A DNA stretch of 64,000 bases from Patescibacteria group bacterium (lineage in GTDB: Bacteria; Patescibacteriota; Patescibacteriia; UBA1558; GWA2-36-10): the NCBI GenBank assembly GCA_041665545.1, contig JBAYIQ010000002.1:66369-130368 (forward strand). Reading direction: 5' to 3'. The notes below the pieces were generated by a model that searched no databases, was not told where the DNA came from, and saw nothing but the letters and a program-made list of their open reading frames with translations. The position numbers and the translations under genes are program-made. Below, piece by piece: positions 53,569 through 62,866 of this stretch; positions within the stretch are counted from its first letter, which is position 1, and each line of letters begins with the position of its first letter.

Positions 53569-54276
53569 TTAAGGCTGAAAAAACATTGGTGGTGGCGGTG
53601 GACCAGGATTCTTTAACCAGGGCTTAATACTCTCACAAATAAAATTATTGCCATCTTCCACCCTGCCAATCAACATCACTCTCTGACCAACTTGAAATTC
53701 AGCAGTACTGGTGCTAATAGTCCATGATCGACCCCTAAAATCTTCTATGGTTATAAAATCTGAATTCATGGAAATAATGACGCCAACCAGATGGCCTTTG
53801 TCGGGCTCTACTAGCATACGACCGCCCTGTCGAAACATTTGTTTATATAATGGTACCCGTCTAAAAAATGTATCTTCTAATTTTTGGCCCAAGCCCAAAG
53901 AATACATAGCCACACCCAAAGCGATGCTCAACACAACACTCCATGACACTATAATCAAAGGATGGTATTTGTAGCCACGCTTAGTATTTTTAAAATCATA
54001 CCAAGCTAAAAAACAAAATAGTAACAAGCTCAACAACCAAAACAAGGGCAAGTTTACCCACAGTCTCTTCAAGGGGCTGAAACCAGGAGCCATCTCCACC
54101 CAGGTAACGTGTTTAAAAACAAAAATAGTAGCCGAAGAAGCCAAGCCGCCTAAAATAATGGCTAAAGCAAAGGCCAACCATAAAAAATAATTTTTAAACA
54201 AAAATTCCCAGCGTTTTTTGGGCTGTATTTTTTGCTCTTTTATCTTATCCAAAATTTCTTGACCAGAATGTTCCAT
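53569..54276 (-). CDS. Membrane protein (4 TM) downstream of an ECF sigma factor, putative anti-sigma / regulator
   Basis: 235 aa. Cytoplasmic N-terminus, 4 TM, C-terminal domain. Translationally coupled to the sigma gene (4-nt gap). No conserved anti-sigma motif recognised. Confidence 0.35.
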   Translation of the reverse strand: MEHSGQEILDKIKEQKIQPKKRWEFLFKNYFLWLAFALAIILGGLASSATIFVFKHVTWVEMAPGFSPLKRLWVNLPLFWLLSLLLFCFLAWYDFKNTKRGYKYHPLIIVSWSVVLSIALGVAMYSLGLGQKLEDTFFRRVPLYKQMFRQGGRMLVEPDKGHLVGVIISMNSDFITIEDFRGRSWTISTSTAEFQVGQRVMLIGRVEDGNNFICESIKPWLKNPGPPPPPMFFQP

Positions 54277-54280
54277 ATAT

Positions 54281-54850
54281 TTATTGTCTAAATTCTTTTT
54301 GTAATTCTATTTTACCGCGACGCAACAAAGTACCAACCGTGCTAACTGGTTTTTTGATAATATCAGAAATTTCTTCATAAGATCTATCCTCCAGGTATTT
54401 CAAAATTACCACTTCTCGATACTTACTATCTAGCTTGGCCAAAATTTTAGCCATTTTTTCTCTCAGCAGGGCTTGATCAAGATTTTGATTAATATCAAAA
54501 TCGCTAACTAATTGTTCACAGCTCTCTAAATCAAAATCAAATAAAGATGTTTGTGGACGGCTTTTATTTTTACGATAATTGCTAATCACCTGATTGCGAG
54601 TAATGCGATAAAGCCAAGAAGAAAATTTTAAACTTTTATCAAAATCATTCAAATTTTGGTAGACCTTGATAAAAACTTCCTGTAGCAAATCCTGGGCGTC
54701 ATCATGATTTAAGCCAGATATTCTTTGGATAAAACGGAGCAATTTTTTTTCATAGCGATTCATTAAATACAAAAAATTCTCTTGATCCAACAAGGTAAGG
54801 TTTACCAGCTCCAAGTCGCTTTTGTCTGCTAAATCATCATTAAGCACCAT
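54281..54850 (-). CDS. RNA polymerase ECF-type sigma-70 factor
   Basis: Region 2 (DLLQEVFIKVYQNLNDFD...FSSWLYRITRNQVISNYR) and region 4 HTH (REVVILKYLEDRSYEEISDIIKKPVSTVGTLLRRGK). Confidence 0.8.
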   Translation of the reverse strand: MVLNDDLADKSDLELVNLTLLDQENFLYLMNRYEKKLLRFIQRISGLNHDDAQDLLQEVFIKVYQNLNDFDKSLKFSSWLYRITRNQVISNYRKNKSRPQTSLFDFDLESCEQLVSDFDINQNLDQALLREKMAKILAKLDSKYREVVILKYLEDRSYEEISDIIKKPVSTVGTLLRRGKIELQKEFRQ

Positions 54851-55037
54851 ATATATTACTACGCCAATATTAAACTATTTATTTCAAAAATCTTTATAAG
54901 CATAACAAAAATAAAGACTAATGCAAAATAAGCTTATTGGTTGACAAAATCCATAAATTAAAGTTAGATAGGGACGAAAGTCCAAGATGGGAAAATCAGG
55001 GGCACCTGTCCTTCACAATCATCTAGGAGGCACTGTC

Positions 55038-56105
55038 ATGGCTAAGTCCGAACAAATCATGCTGTTTTGTGGTCGTGGTGATACCAATCACTTGGCTGCA
55101 GACATCATCAATGTGGTCAACAACCGTCGCATTGGTGAATCTCGACTAGAGCTCGATCACACTGACTTTGAACACTTTCCCGATGGTGAGCCGGATTTCG
55201 CTTTTGAAAAATGGCACAAAATTCGCGGCAAAGACGCTGTCCTCTTCGTCAGCACCCACAGCCTGGAACTGGTCTTGGAGGCCTTGATTCTCATTTACGC
55301 TATCAAGAAAAGGTACGGGGCCAAGAGCTTGACCGTAGTCCAACCCTTCATGGCCTTTCGACGCCAAGATCATCCGGAAATCAATGAAGAGTTTCACCTG
55401 AACTACTGGTTTATCTATAACCTAAAGGCCAATGGTGCGGATCGTCTGATACTCTGCGACGTTCACTCCGAAGAGACACGGCAAAACTGCGAATTGGTCG
55501 GCCTGGAATATCATCATGTCAAGCCGACGCCGCTCTATGCTGCGGCTCTGCGAGAACCGATCGCTCAGGCTAGCGAACTCGGCAAGCAAACCAAGGTCCT
55601 GTCGGCAGACATGGGCTCCCTGCTCCGCACCATTGCTCTGGCCAAGATCTTGAAATTGCCGGTACTTTTGTCCTTGAAAAAAAGGAAGGAAACTGGCAAC
55701 ATTGTCACCAATGTTCCGCCCACACCTGCCCATCTGGAAATGATCACCAAGATGGAAGCGGAGCACGACATCAAGATCGAACTTATGAGCGAAGAGGCCG
55801 TCAAGGATGTCTATATCATCATCCGTGAGGACGAACTCGACACCGCTGGCACGGCCTCTGACACCTGCCGTGACCTCTTGCAAGCTCACGCTTACCGAGT
55901 CGATCTAGTAGTGACGCACATGAAGTGCTCACCCGGCTGGAAACGCAAAGCCGGCCGTCGGAAAAACTGCCCCTTCACCCAAGTCATAGCTGGTGACACC
56001 ATCTACCGTGGCAGCTACGAAAACCGCACTGGCGGCATAATCCAACACGTCAGTGTGGCCCCGGTCATCGCCGAGAAGCTGACTGAAATCCTAGACGCTC
56101 TGTGA
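55038..56105 (+). CDS. Ribose-phosphate pyrophosphokinase (PRPP synthetase) family protein, highly divergent and GC-rich
   Basis: Aligns to Prs landmarks: FPDGE (FSDGE), VVQPFMAFRRQDH (PYxGYARQDR), LILCDVHS (DLHA), ELDTAGT (DTAGT), HVSVAPVIAE (LSVAPLLAE). SD ctaggaggcactgtc-ATG at 55038. About 52 % GC versus about 37 % in the flanks. The track ORF starts 17 codons upstream. Confidence 0.6.
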   Translation: MAKSEQIMLFCGRGDTNHLAADIINVVNNRRIGESRLELDHTDFEHFPDGEPDFAFEKWHKIRGKDAVLFVSTHSLELVLEALILIYAIKKRYGAKSLTVVQPFMAFRRQDHPEINEEFHLNYWFIYNLKANGADRLILCDVHSEETRQNCELVGLEYHHVKPTPLYAAALREPIAQASELGKQTKVLSADMGSLLRTIALAKILKLPVLLSLKKRKETGNIVTNVPPTPAHLEMITKMEAEHDIKIELMSEEAVKDVYIIIREDELDTAGTASDTCRDLLQAHAYRVDLVVTHMKCSPGWKRKAGRRKNCPFTQVIAGDTIYRGSYENRTGGIIQHVSVAPVIAEKLTEILDAL

Positions 56106-56125
56106 CCTCAATGGTCACAACACAA

Positions 56126-56155
56126 AACCCCCAGCGAGCAAGCTCGCTGGGGGTT
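56126..56155 (+). terminator. Perfect hairpin aacccccagcgagc-aa-gctcgctgggggtt after the Prs-like gene
   Basis: 14-bp perfect stem. Weak T-run. Confidence 0.5.
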
Positions 56156-56183
56156 AAATATTTGGAAATATTATAAGCAAAAA

Positions 56184-57113
56184 CTACAACCAATTTTTTT
56201 TATAAAAAACAAACATAAAAATACCAACCGCAATAAAAGATATACCCAAAACATAAACAAAGGCTAGCGGGTGAGTGGCAAAAGGCAAAGTCACGTTCAT
56301 GCCAAACAAACTAGCAACAATGGTGGGGATAGTCATGATAATAGTAAAAGCAGTCAAAAATTGAATAGTTCTGTTTAATTTATTGGTAAACAAAATTTGG
56401 TAAGAATCGCGCAAACTCTTGATGCTCTTCAAATTGACTTGGCAAATCTCAGCTGACTGTCTAATACTGATAATCATGTCATTCAGCAAATCATTGTCCT
56501 CTTCTTCCAAGTGAAAATAATTGCCAGCCACAATGTTTTCAAAAACACCGCGCACTGGAAGCAGGGCAGAAATATATTGGTTTAACAAATCTTCATATTT
56601 AATGAGTTCATTAATATCGGAGTCTTTGATGTTTTCTATTTTTTTCTTTTGGGAAGCAACCAGGTTATTGACTTCGCGAACTCTCAAAGTAAAGCGCTGA
56701 GAAATTTTTAAAAAAATATAAATTAACAACTTAGCTTTTTGGGTAGTAGCAATGGCTAAACTATTTTTCAAAATATCCTTGATAACTTTATCTTCAAATA
56801 AAGCCAAGCTGATAAAATATTTTTCTGTGACAATAAAAGTCAATGGCGTAGTGTGAATTATTTCTTTGTCATCAATCTGCTCTCTGGGAATCCGCACAAA
56901 AAATAACAAGGTCTTTTCTTGCCTTTCAATACGCGGTAATTCATGCAAATCCAAAACGTCCTGCAAATCCAACAAATCCAAATCCGTCATGCTGGCTAAT
57001 TTTTCTAAGTCGTCATGCTCCAAATGGCTAGCATTAATCCAGACACCATCTCTGACTTGGTCTATATTCTCTAGACGATTGCCCTTTTCATTTTTAAAAT
57101 AAATATTTAACAT
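56184..57113 (-). CDS. corA: CorA-family magnesium/cobalt transporter
   Basis: C-terminal two TM with the FGMNV (GMN) motif. 309 aa. Confidence 0.85.
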   Translation of the reverse strand: MLNIYFKNEKGNRLENIDQVRDGVWINASHLEHDDLEKLASMTDLDLLDLQDVLDLHELPRIERQEKTLLFFVRIPREQIDDKEIIHTTPLTFIVTEKYFISLALFEDKVIKDILKNSLAIATTQKAKLLIYIFLKISQRFTLRVREVNNLVASQKKKIENIKDSDINELIKYEDLLNQYISALLPVRGVFENIVAGNYFHLEEEDNDLLNDMIISIRQSAEICQVNLKSIKSLRDSYQILFTNKLNRTIQFLTAFTIIMTIPTIVASLFGMNVTLPFATHPLAFVYVLGISFIAVGIFMFVFYKKNWL

Positions 57114-57148
57114 AAAAGCATTATAGCAAAAAATATCTCACAATGATA

Positions 57149-58690
57149 TTAAAATTTAAAAATTGTCTGCTCCCTGTCAGGACCGACCGAAATAATATCT
57201 ATTTTTCCGCCAGTGTACTGCTCGACAAACTCAACTATCGTTTTGATGGCTTGGGGTAAATCATTATAATCCTCTATTTTGGAAATAGCTGTCTGCCAGC
57301 CGTCAAACTCTTTATAAATCGGCTCACAATTATACAAAATTTCTGAAAAACGCGGGAAAAAATCTATTTCTTGATTAGTTTTTAATTCACTACCGGCATA
57401 AAAAATATTTGGTCCAATATATTTGTAAGCCACAGCTAATTTAATTTTTTTGAACTTGTCCAAAACATCAACCTTGGTCAAGGTTAAACTGCCACCATTA
57501 TACTGCATAGCATATTTTAAAGCTACCAAATCCAGCCAGCCATTACGGCGAGTGCGACCAGTAGTGGCTCCGTATTCATCGCCTAGCAAGCGTACAGCAA
57601 TTCCTAAATTAAACTGATCGTCAGCCTGTAAATATTCATCAACCTTACTAGCATGCTCAGCTTTTTCTTGCTCACGAGTTATGCCTTGTTCGCAATATTT
57701 TTCACTCTGCAAGCCACCAAACTCCGTAGGGAAAGGTCCATGGCCGACTCTGGTCATATAAAAAGCTTTGGCAATACCAAAAACATGATCCACCCGAGCT
57801 TCTTTCAAACCAGCTCCCTTGGCTAGACCAGCTATAGTGCAGTCAGAAGAAGTCTGATATTTGGTGGTGCCATGATCAATGCTCAGCAGTGTGCCCTGAG
57901 CACCTTCTAATAGAATCTTTTTCTTAGCAACAAATGCTTCTCGAACAAAACTTTCTAAATCTATAATATAGGGCTTTAGCTTGTTGGCAAAATCGCCAGT
58001 GTATTTGGCCACAATGGCTTCGACATCCAAAATTGTTTCTGGACTAAAATATATCCCCCCACCCAAATGCGGATGAGCCAAAACTTCTTTAGCCACATCT
58101 TTATCTAAACCAGCTAAAATATTTTTTTTGCCTTCTAAATATTTAATCAATTTTTCTCTAAACAAATCTTTATTAAAAATATCATTGAGAAATAAAGAGT
58201 GCCGAGCAGTATAGTCAGTATAGAGCGGACCTATGCCTCGACCAGTGGTGCCAATCTGTTGTGATTTGTCGCTAATCCTGTCTATCAAAATATGATAAGG
58301 CAAAACTAGCGGAGCTTGGTGGCTGATTTTAAAATTTTTGACATCAATTCCGGCAACATGCAAAATGTCCAATTCATCAATGACCGCTTGCGGATCAAAA
58401 GCCACACCTCGACCAATAACATTTATCTTGCCGTCTACATCATGCAAAATACCAGAAGGCAAAAGATGAAAAATGTGTTTTTGGTCTTTGACTACTATGG
58501 TGTGCCCGGCATTGGCGCCACCAGTGCCACGGATAATAATATCCGCCCAGGTGGAAAGCAGGTCAACAAATTTGCCTTTGCCCGTATCACCCCACTGATT
58601 GCAAACCACGGCTACGCATTGTTTGTCTTGCAAAAATCTGTCTAATAAATCTTGACGCATATTTTTATAAAAATTATGACTTAAAAACAA
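57149..58690 (-). CDS. purA: Adenylosuccinate synthetase (long form, about 500 aa, with insertions)
   Basis: GDTGKGKFVDLLS (P-loop GDEGKGK), GGANAGHTIV, GTTGRGIGP, later KxDVLD-type segments. The true start is possibly MRQDLL (complement 58660). Confidence 0.8.
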   Translation of the reverse strand: MFLSHNFYKNMRQDLLDRFLQDKQCVAVVCNQWGDTGKGKFVDLLSTWADIIIRGTGGANAGHTIVVKDQKHIFHLLPSGILHDVDGKINVIGRGVAFDPQAVIDELDILHVAGIDVKNFKISHQAPLVLPYHILIDRISDKSQQIGTTGRGIGPLYTDYTARHSLFLNDIFNKDLFREKLIKYLEGKKNILAGLDKDVAKEVLAHPHLGGGIYFSPETILDVEAIVAKYTGDFANKLKPYIIDLESFVREAFVAKKKILLEGAQGTLLSIDHGTTKYQTSSDCTIAGLAKGAGLKEARVDHVFGIAKAFYMTRVGHGPFPTEFGGLQSEKYCEQGITREQEKAEHASKVDEYLQADDQFNLGIAVRLLGDEYGATTGRTRRNGWLDLVALKYAMQYNGGSLTLTKVDVLDKFKKIKLAVAYKYIGPNIFYAGSELKTNQEIDFFPRFSEILYNCEPIYKEFDGWQTAISKIEDYNDLPQAIKTIVEFVEQYTGGKIDIISVGPDREQTIFKF

Positions 58691-59069
58691 AGTCCAACAA
58701 AATGCCAGCGATCAAGGCCAGACCAGATAGAATAAAAATAAAATAATTATTCCATTTTTCTTTGGAAGACACTAAGGTGTCCAAAATATAAGCCAAGGCC
58801 TTGTGATCAGCTTCATTTAATTTTTCCGGCTGATCCAATTTTTCACGTAATCTATGTTCTATAATAACCCGCGAACGTTTTTTTGATATATCAAAACGAT
58901 GAATATAATAAACTATAAAGCCAATAGTACCAATATACCAAGATATCTTGACCCAAGTATTGCTATAAAAATTCAGCACAATAATAACCCGATAAGCAAA
59001 AGTAGCGATAATACCCACCCAAAAATAAAACAAACGAATTGACTTAGAGTGAACTTTTATATCTTCCAT
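58674..59069 (-). CDS. Small membrane protein (3 TM)
   Basis: 131 aa. Hydrophobic. Overlaps the purA start by about 17 nt. Confidence 0.35.
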   Translation of the reverse strand: MEDIKVHSKSIRLFYFWVGIIATFAYRVIIVLNFYSNTWVKISWYIGTIGFIVYYIHRFDISKKRSRVIIEHRLREKLDQPEKLNEADHKALAYILDTLVSSKEKWNNYFIFILSGLALIAGILLDFVFKS

Positions 59070-59104
59070 ATTTTTTATTCAATAATAATCACCCAATCAG
59101 TATA

Positions 59105-59128
59105 ACAAAAAATCGCCAAATCGGCGAT
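59105..59128 (-). terminator. Hairpin aatcgcc-gattt-ggcgatt plus T-run (minus strand)
   Basis: Reverse complement ctagaatcgccgatttggcgattttttg. Confidence 0.4.
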
Positions 59129-59355
59129 TCTAGTCTAAAAAATAATCATTTGATTGACGAAAAAATTATAGCTAACCTTTTCTATGCCTTTTGGCGGCTT
59201 TGGCCTCGAGCATTAGTCTTTTTATCTCCAATCTTTTTGGGGTTTTCTTGGAGCGTGATTTTTGCCTATCTGTTCCCACAGCAATTCTATGTGCCATATA
59301 AGTTATTTTTATAAATTATAAATATCAGCTATTATAGCTGTTTATCAGAATAAAA

Positions 59356-60168
59356 TCAATCCCTTTGTTCGGATTCAGAGGAGTTATTTTTATAGTTTGA
59401 TTCATTATTGGAATTTATCCTATCTTGACCACTTTCTGATCTATTTTCTTTATTATTTTTATTTACCGGTTTAATCGTTTCTTCTTTGTCACCGTCATCT
59501 TCATCCAATTGTTCATTATATTTATCAATAGCTTTTTTGGCTTCTCTGATCTTATCCATCACCTCTTCATCCTGATTCTCCTGAGCAATATTTCCAATAT
59601 TATCTAGATATTGCATAATATCTTTATTTTTTTTCTTGATAGACTCCTTGGCTTTTTTAGCATTTTTTGTGTTAACTATTTTTTGCGAAGTCTTGATGGC
59701 TGAGTCAACATTATCAACCGCCTCGCTGATTGTTTGCTTGATGTTGTTGCTAACAACCGCATTTTCATCAGTAGTGTGCCCTTTGGAATCTTCCTGGGAT
59801 AAATTTAACGCTTCTTTAAGCCGTCTTTCTGAAAATTTACCCAGAGTATCAACCTGAGAGGTTTTGGTAAGAGAAAGTTGTTGTTCAACATTTTCAATGG
59901 TCTTTTTTAACGGGTAAAAACTATGCCCCGGCGTGATATTATCATTATTGACCGCATAAACTACCGTGCTACCCAAAACCACAAAGACCAGCAAGGCAAC
60001 AAGTGAAACCTTAGTCATCAAAGAATGCGGGTGAAAAAATGTCTGACCAAATTTTTGTAAATTTTTAGTAAAAATAAATAGACGGATTTTAAACTTTATT
60101 TTAAAATCAGCTGTTTTGCTAAGCTCAGATTTTGGTAATCTGGATAATTGTTTTTCTAAATCTTCCAT
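59356..60168 (-). CDS. Putative anti-sigma factor: cytoplasmic N-terminus, one TM, extracytoplasmic coiled-coil domain and a Lys/Asp/Asn-rich tail
   Basis: 270 aa. TM VSLVALLVFVVLGSTVVYAV. Located immediately downstream of the ECF sigma gene 60273..60815. Confidence 0.35.
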   Translation of the reverse strand: MEDLEKQLSRLPKSELSKTADFKIKFKIRLFIFTKNLQKFGQTFFHPHSLMTKVSLVALLVFVVLGSTVVYAVNNDNITPGHSFYPLKKTIENVEQQLSLTKTSQVDTLGKFSERRLKEALNLSQEDSKGHTTDENAVVSNNIKQTISEAVDNVDSAIKTSQKIVNTKNAKKAKESIKKKNKDIMQYLDNIGNIAQENQDEEVMDKIREAKKAIDKYNEQLDEDDGDKEETIKPVNKNNKENRSESGQDRINSNNESNYKNNSSESEQRD

Positions 60169-60272
60169 ATTATTTAGCCCGTTAGAAATTTAATATATAT
60201 TTTATACACATTTTGCGAATAAATTTGTTCACTAATTTTATTCTCCCCACAGACCCAAGCTATAATCAATTT

Positions 60273-60815
60273 CTAACTGGGCTTGTCTAATATTTCTCTT
60301 AATTTGGCCAGTGCCCGACTCATCTTGGTGCGAATTGCTCCCTCATCTTTTTCCAGTAAACTAGCAATTTCTGAATTGGACAGCTCATCCACAAAGCGTA
60401 AAAGTAATATCTCCCTGTCACTATCAATCATTTTTTTTATGGCCCCAAGCACTCGCTCCAATTCTTGTTTTTGGTCTATTCGATCCAATTCGTGTTGGGT
60501 CACAAATTGATTTTCCAGTAGTTCAGTTTCTCGGTTGGCTACTCGATAGTGATTCACTAAATGATTGTGAGCAATAGCATAAATCCATGATTGGAATGAT
60601 CTTGTTTGTTCAAAGGTGTCAAAATTTTTCAAGGCCTTCAAGAAAACCTCAGAGGTCAGATCCTCAGCCACCGCGCGGTTAAAATTAACCCGATACAAAA
60701 AATAGACAAAAATCTTATTTTTATATTGTTCATAATAGCCAATAAAGCTATTTTGCGGCTCTCCCATAAATATTATACAAATAAATAGACAAAATGTATC
60801 ACTATTCAAAAACAT
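60273..60815 (-). CDS. RNA polymerase ECF-type sigma-70 factor (second copy)
   Basis: Region 2 (DLTSEVFLKALKNFDTFEQTRSFQSWIYAIAHNHLVNHYR) and region 4 (DREILLLRFVDELSNSEIASLLEKDEGAIRTKMSRALAKL). The probable start is the internal Met MGEPQNSF. Confidence 0.75.
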   Translation of the reverse strand: MFLNSDTFCLFICIIFMGEPQNSFIGYYEQYKNKIFVYFLYRVNFNRAVAEDLTSEVFLKALKNFDTFEQTRSFQSWIYAIAHNHLVNHYRVANRETELLENQFVTQHELDRIDQKQELERVLGAIKKMIDSDREILLLRFVDELSNSEIASLLEKDEGAIRTKMSRALAKLREILDKPS

Positions 60816-60909
60816 TACAACAAACCCCTTACTTTGTCTATACGGTGTAACAAAACTTTAATGGCTTTGTATTAATTTATATAGCGCTAATTATTAAACA
60901 AAAAAACTT

Positions 60910-62211
60910 ATGAAAAGAATACTAAGTATGCTAGCGATATTAGTAGTCGTAATCTGGACTGCCTCCTTGGCTAACACTGCTGAGGCCACAAACTACACCC
61001 TAGCCCAAGTGCAAACTCACAATACCAGCACTGACTGCTGGACAATAGTAAATAATAAAGTCTACAACTTGACGAGCTACATAGCTCTACATCCCGGTGG
61101 ATCAAGTGCTATCATAGCTTTGTGTGGCACCAATGGAACAACTGGCTTTACAACACAACACTCCAGCAGTACCAATCCCAACAACACACTAGCCAGCTAC
61201 TACATCGGCGATTTGACTGTTTTGGACACTAGCGCACCTACTATACCAACTAATCTGACAACCGCCACTATCTCACCTACTCAAATAAACCTAGCTTGGA
61301 CAGCGGCTACTGACAATGTCACTGTGACTGGTTATGCTATTTTTAGAGACGGCAGTGAGCTAGCCACAACCACCAATACTACTTTCCACAATACCGGACT
61401 CACGGCCTCAACTACCTATAGCTATCTGGTCAAAGCATTTGATGCTGCCGGAAATAGATCCGCTAGTTCCACAATAGCTTCCGCTACTACCTTGGCCACC
61501 TCTACTGACAGCACAACGCCATCAGTACCCACGAATTTGAGTGCCAATGTGATCTCGGCTACCCAAATAAACCTGAACTGGTCTACTTCTACAGACAATA
61601 TTGCAGTAACCGGCTACGCCATATTTAGAAACGGCACGGAAATTGCCAATGTACCAAATAATAACTTCAGTAATGTTGGCCTGACTGCCTCCACAAGCTA
61701 CAGCTATGTTGTCCAGGCCTATGATGCCGCTGGTAATCGATCGGCTAATTCTAATGTTGTGTCAGCCACCACCTTAGCCACATCCACTGACACTGTCAGC
61801 CCTAGCGCACCAAAAAAATTAAAAGCTCACCTTATTTCCTACAAACACATCAACCTAGAATGGAAAAAATCTAAAGATAATAAGAAAGTAGCTGGCTATA
61901 AAATCTACCGAAACGGCATTGAAATAGCGACGGTCAAAAATAACCACTACAATGACATTGGTTTGACTGCCTCAACCACCTATACCTACACTGTCAAGGC
62001 ATACGACAAGGCCGGAAATCTATCAGCTGCCTCCAATACCCTGACTGTCACTACTCGGGCAAAAAAAATCAAAGAATTTAAGCCAGTGAATCAAGATAAA
62101 CATGAAAATGAAGATAAGATTAACAAGAAAGATGATGATAAATTATCCAAGATTGAACAACTTAAAGATAAGATCAGTGCTAAAATAGAAAAAATCAAAA
62201 ATAAGAAATAA
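60910..62211 (+). CDS. Secreted protein with an N-terminal cytochrome b5-like heme-binding domain, three fibronectin type III repeats and a Lys-rich coiled C-terminus
   Basis: Signal peptide. LAQVQTHNTSTDCWTIVNNKVYNLTSYIALHPGGSSAI...YYIGDL (HPGG). Three repeats of the PT.PTNL.A......QINL.W..STDN..VTGYAIFRNG.E....N..F.N.GLTASTSYSY.V.A.DAAGNRS type. Confidence 0.6.
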   Translation: MKRILSMLAILVVVIWTASLANTAEATNYTLAQVQTHNTSTDCWTIVNNKVYNLTSYIALHPGGSSAIIALCGTNGTTGFTTQHSSSTNPNNTLASYYIGDLTVLDTSAPTIPTNLTTATISPTQINLAWTAATDNVTVTGYAIFRDGSELATTTNTTFHNTGLTASTTYSYLVKAFDAAGNRSASSTIASATTLATSTDSTTPSVPTNLSANVISATQINLNWSTSTDNIAVTGYAIFRNGTEIANVPNNNFSNVGLTASTSYSYVVQAYDAAGNRSANSNVVSATTLATSTDTVSPSAPKKLKAHLISYKHINLEWKKSKDNKKVAGYKIYRNGIEIATVKNNHYNDIGLTASTTYTYTVKAYDKAGNLSAASNTLTVTTRAKKIKEFKPVNQDKHENEDKINKKDDDKLSKIEQLKDKISAKIEKIKNKK

Positions 62212-62240
62212 AAACAAAGCTTGGCCACAATTTACTTACA

Positions 62241-62278
62241 AAAAACAACCCCTCGACTATGCTTGGGGTTGTTTTTTA
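62241..62278 (+). terminator. Intrinsic terminator (aacaacccc-tcgactatgct-tggggttgtt + ttttt)
   Basis: 9-bp stem followed by tttttt, just after the stop of 60910..62211. Confidence 0.7.
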
Positions 62279-62290
62279 TAGCGTTCAAAT

Positions 62291-62464
62291 CTACATTCCT
62301 AAAAACTCCATCAGCTTGTAGACTAAAAATGCTGGCCAGACCAAGGCTTTTAAAAAACCAAGTAATCCCAGCCAAAAAGTGCTGGCATGCTGAATGTAAT
62401 AAACTAAGGTGCCCAAAAAAGCTAGGCCATAAACTCCGCTAGAAACTCCACTGCTTTTGCCCAT
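62291..62464 (-). CDS. Possible small membrane protein (57 aa, 2 TM), below the track cutoff
   Basis: Reverse translation MGKSSGVSSGVYGLAFLGTLVYYIQHASTFWLGLLGFLKALVWPAFLVYKLMEFLGM. No clear SD. Overlaps the terminator hairpin of the upstream gene. Confidence 0.25.
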   Translation of the reverse strand: MGKSSGVSSGVYGLAFLGTLVYYIQHASTFWLGLLGFLKALVWPAFLVYKLMEFLGM

Positions 62465-62496
62465 ATTTTTTATTTAATAATTTTAATTTAATGATA

Positions 62497-62742
62497 TCAA
62501 AACCAACCACTAGAATCAGCGCCTCTTTTGTAAACCCAATAAGTATCGTCTTTTTTGTACAATAAAGTATAGTTGTGCCCTTTGCCGTCTTCAAATGGAG
62601 CTGAGCCCTTTGCTTTAGCTTGCTCAAAAAATACTCTGCATTCTTCGATTTGAATATTGTATTCCAAATAATTAACCCCGTCCTTGGCATCCTCTTCACT
62701 ATATACCTTGTGGCCATGAACGTCTCTGGTATGAACTGACAT
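62497..62742 (-). CDS. Small hypothetical protein (81 aa)
   Basis: ORF MSVHTRDVHGHKVYSEEDAKDG...YTLLYKKDDTYWVYKRGADSSGWF. A competing overlapping ORF 62439..62717 is less protein-like. Confidence 0.35.
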   Translation of the reverse strand: MSVHTRDVHGHKVYSEEDAKDGVNYLEYNIQIEECRVFFEQAKAKGSAPFEDGKGHNYTLLYKKDDTYWVYKRGADSSGWF

Positions 62743-62866
62743 AATATTAATAATTTAATAATATTAATTTAAGTATATCAAAAAACCATTCCGATTGGAA
62801 TGATTTTATTGAATCAAGCTTATTTCAATGAGACGCCTAGACGAATCATATATTCATCTATTTCCC

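Noticed and set aside
62221-62442. 73-aa plus-strand ORF
   Set aside because: It starts inside the terminator hairpin of the upstream gene. Unlikely to be a coding sequence.
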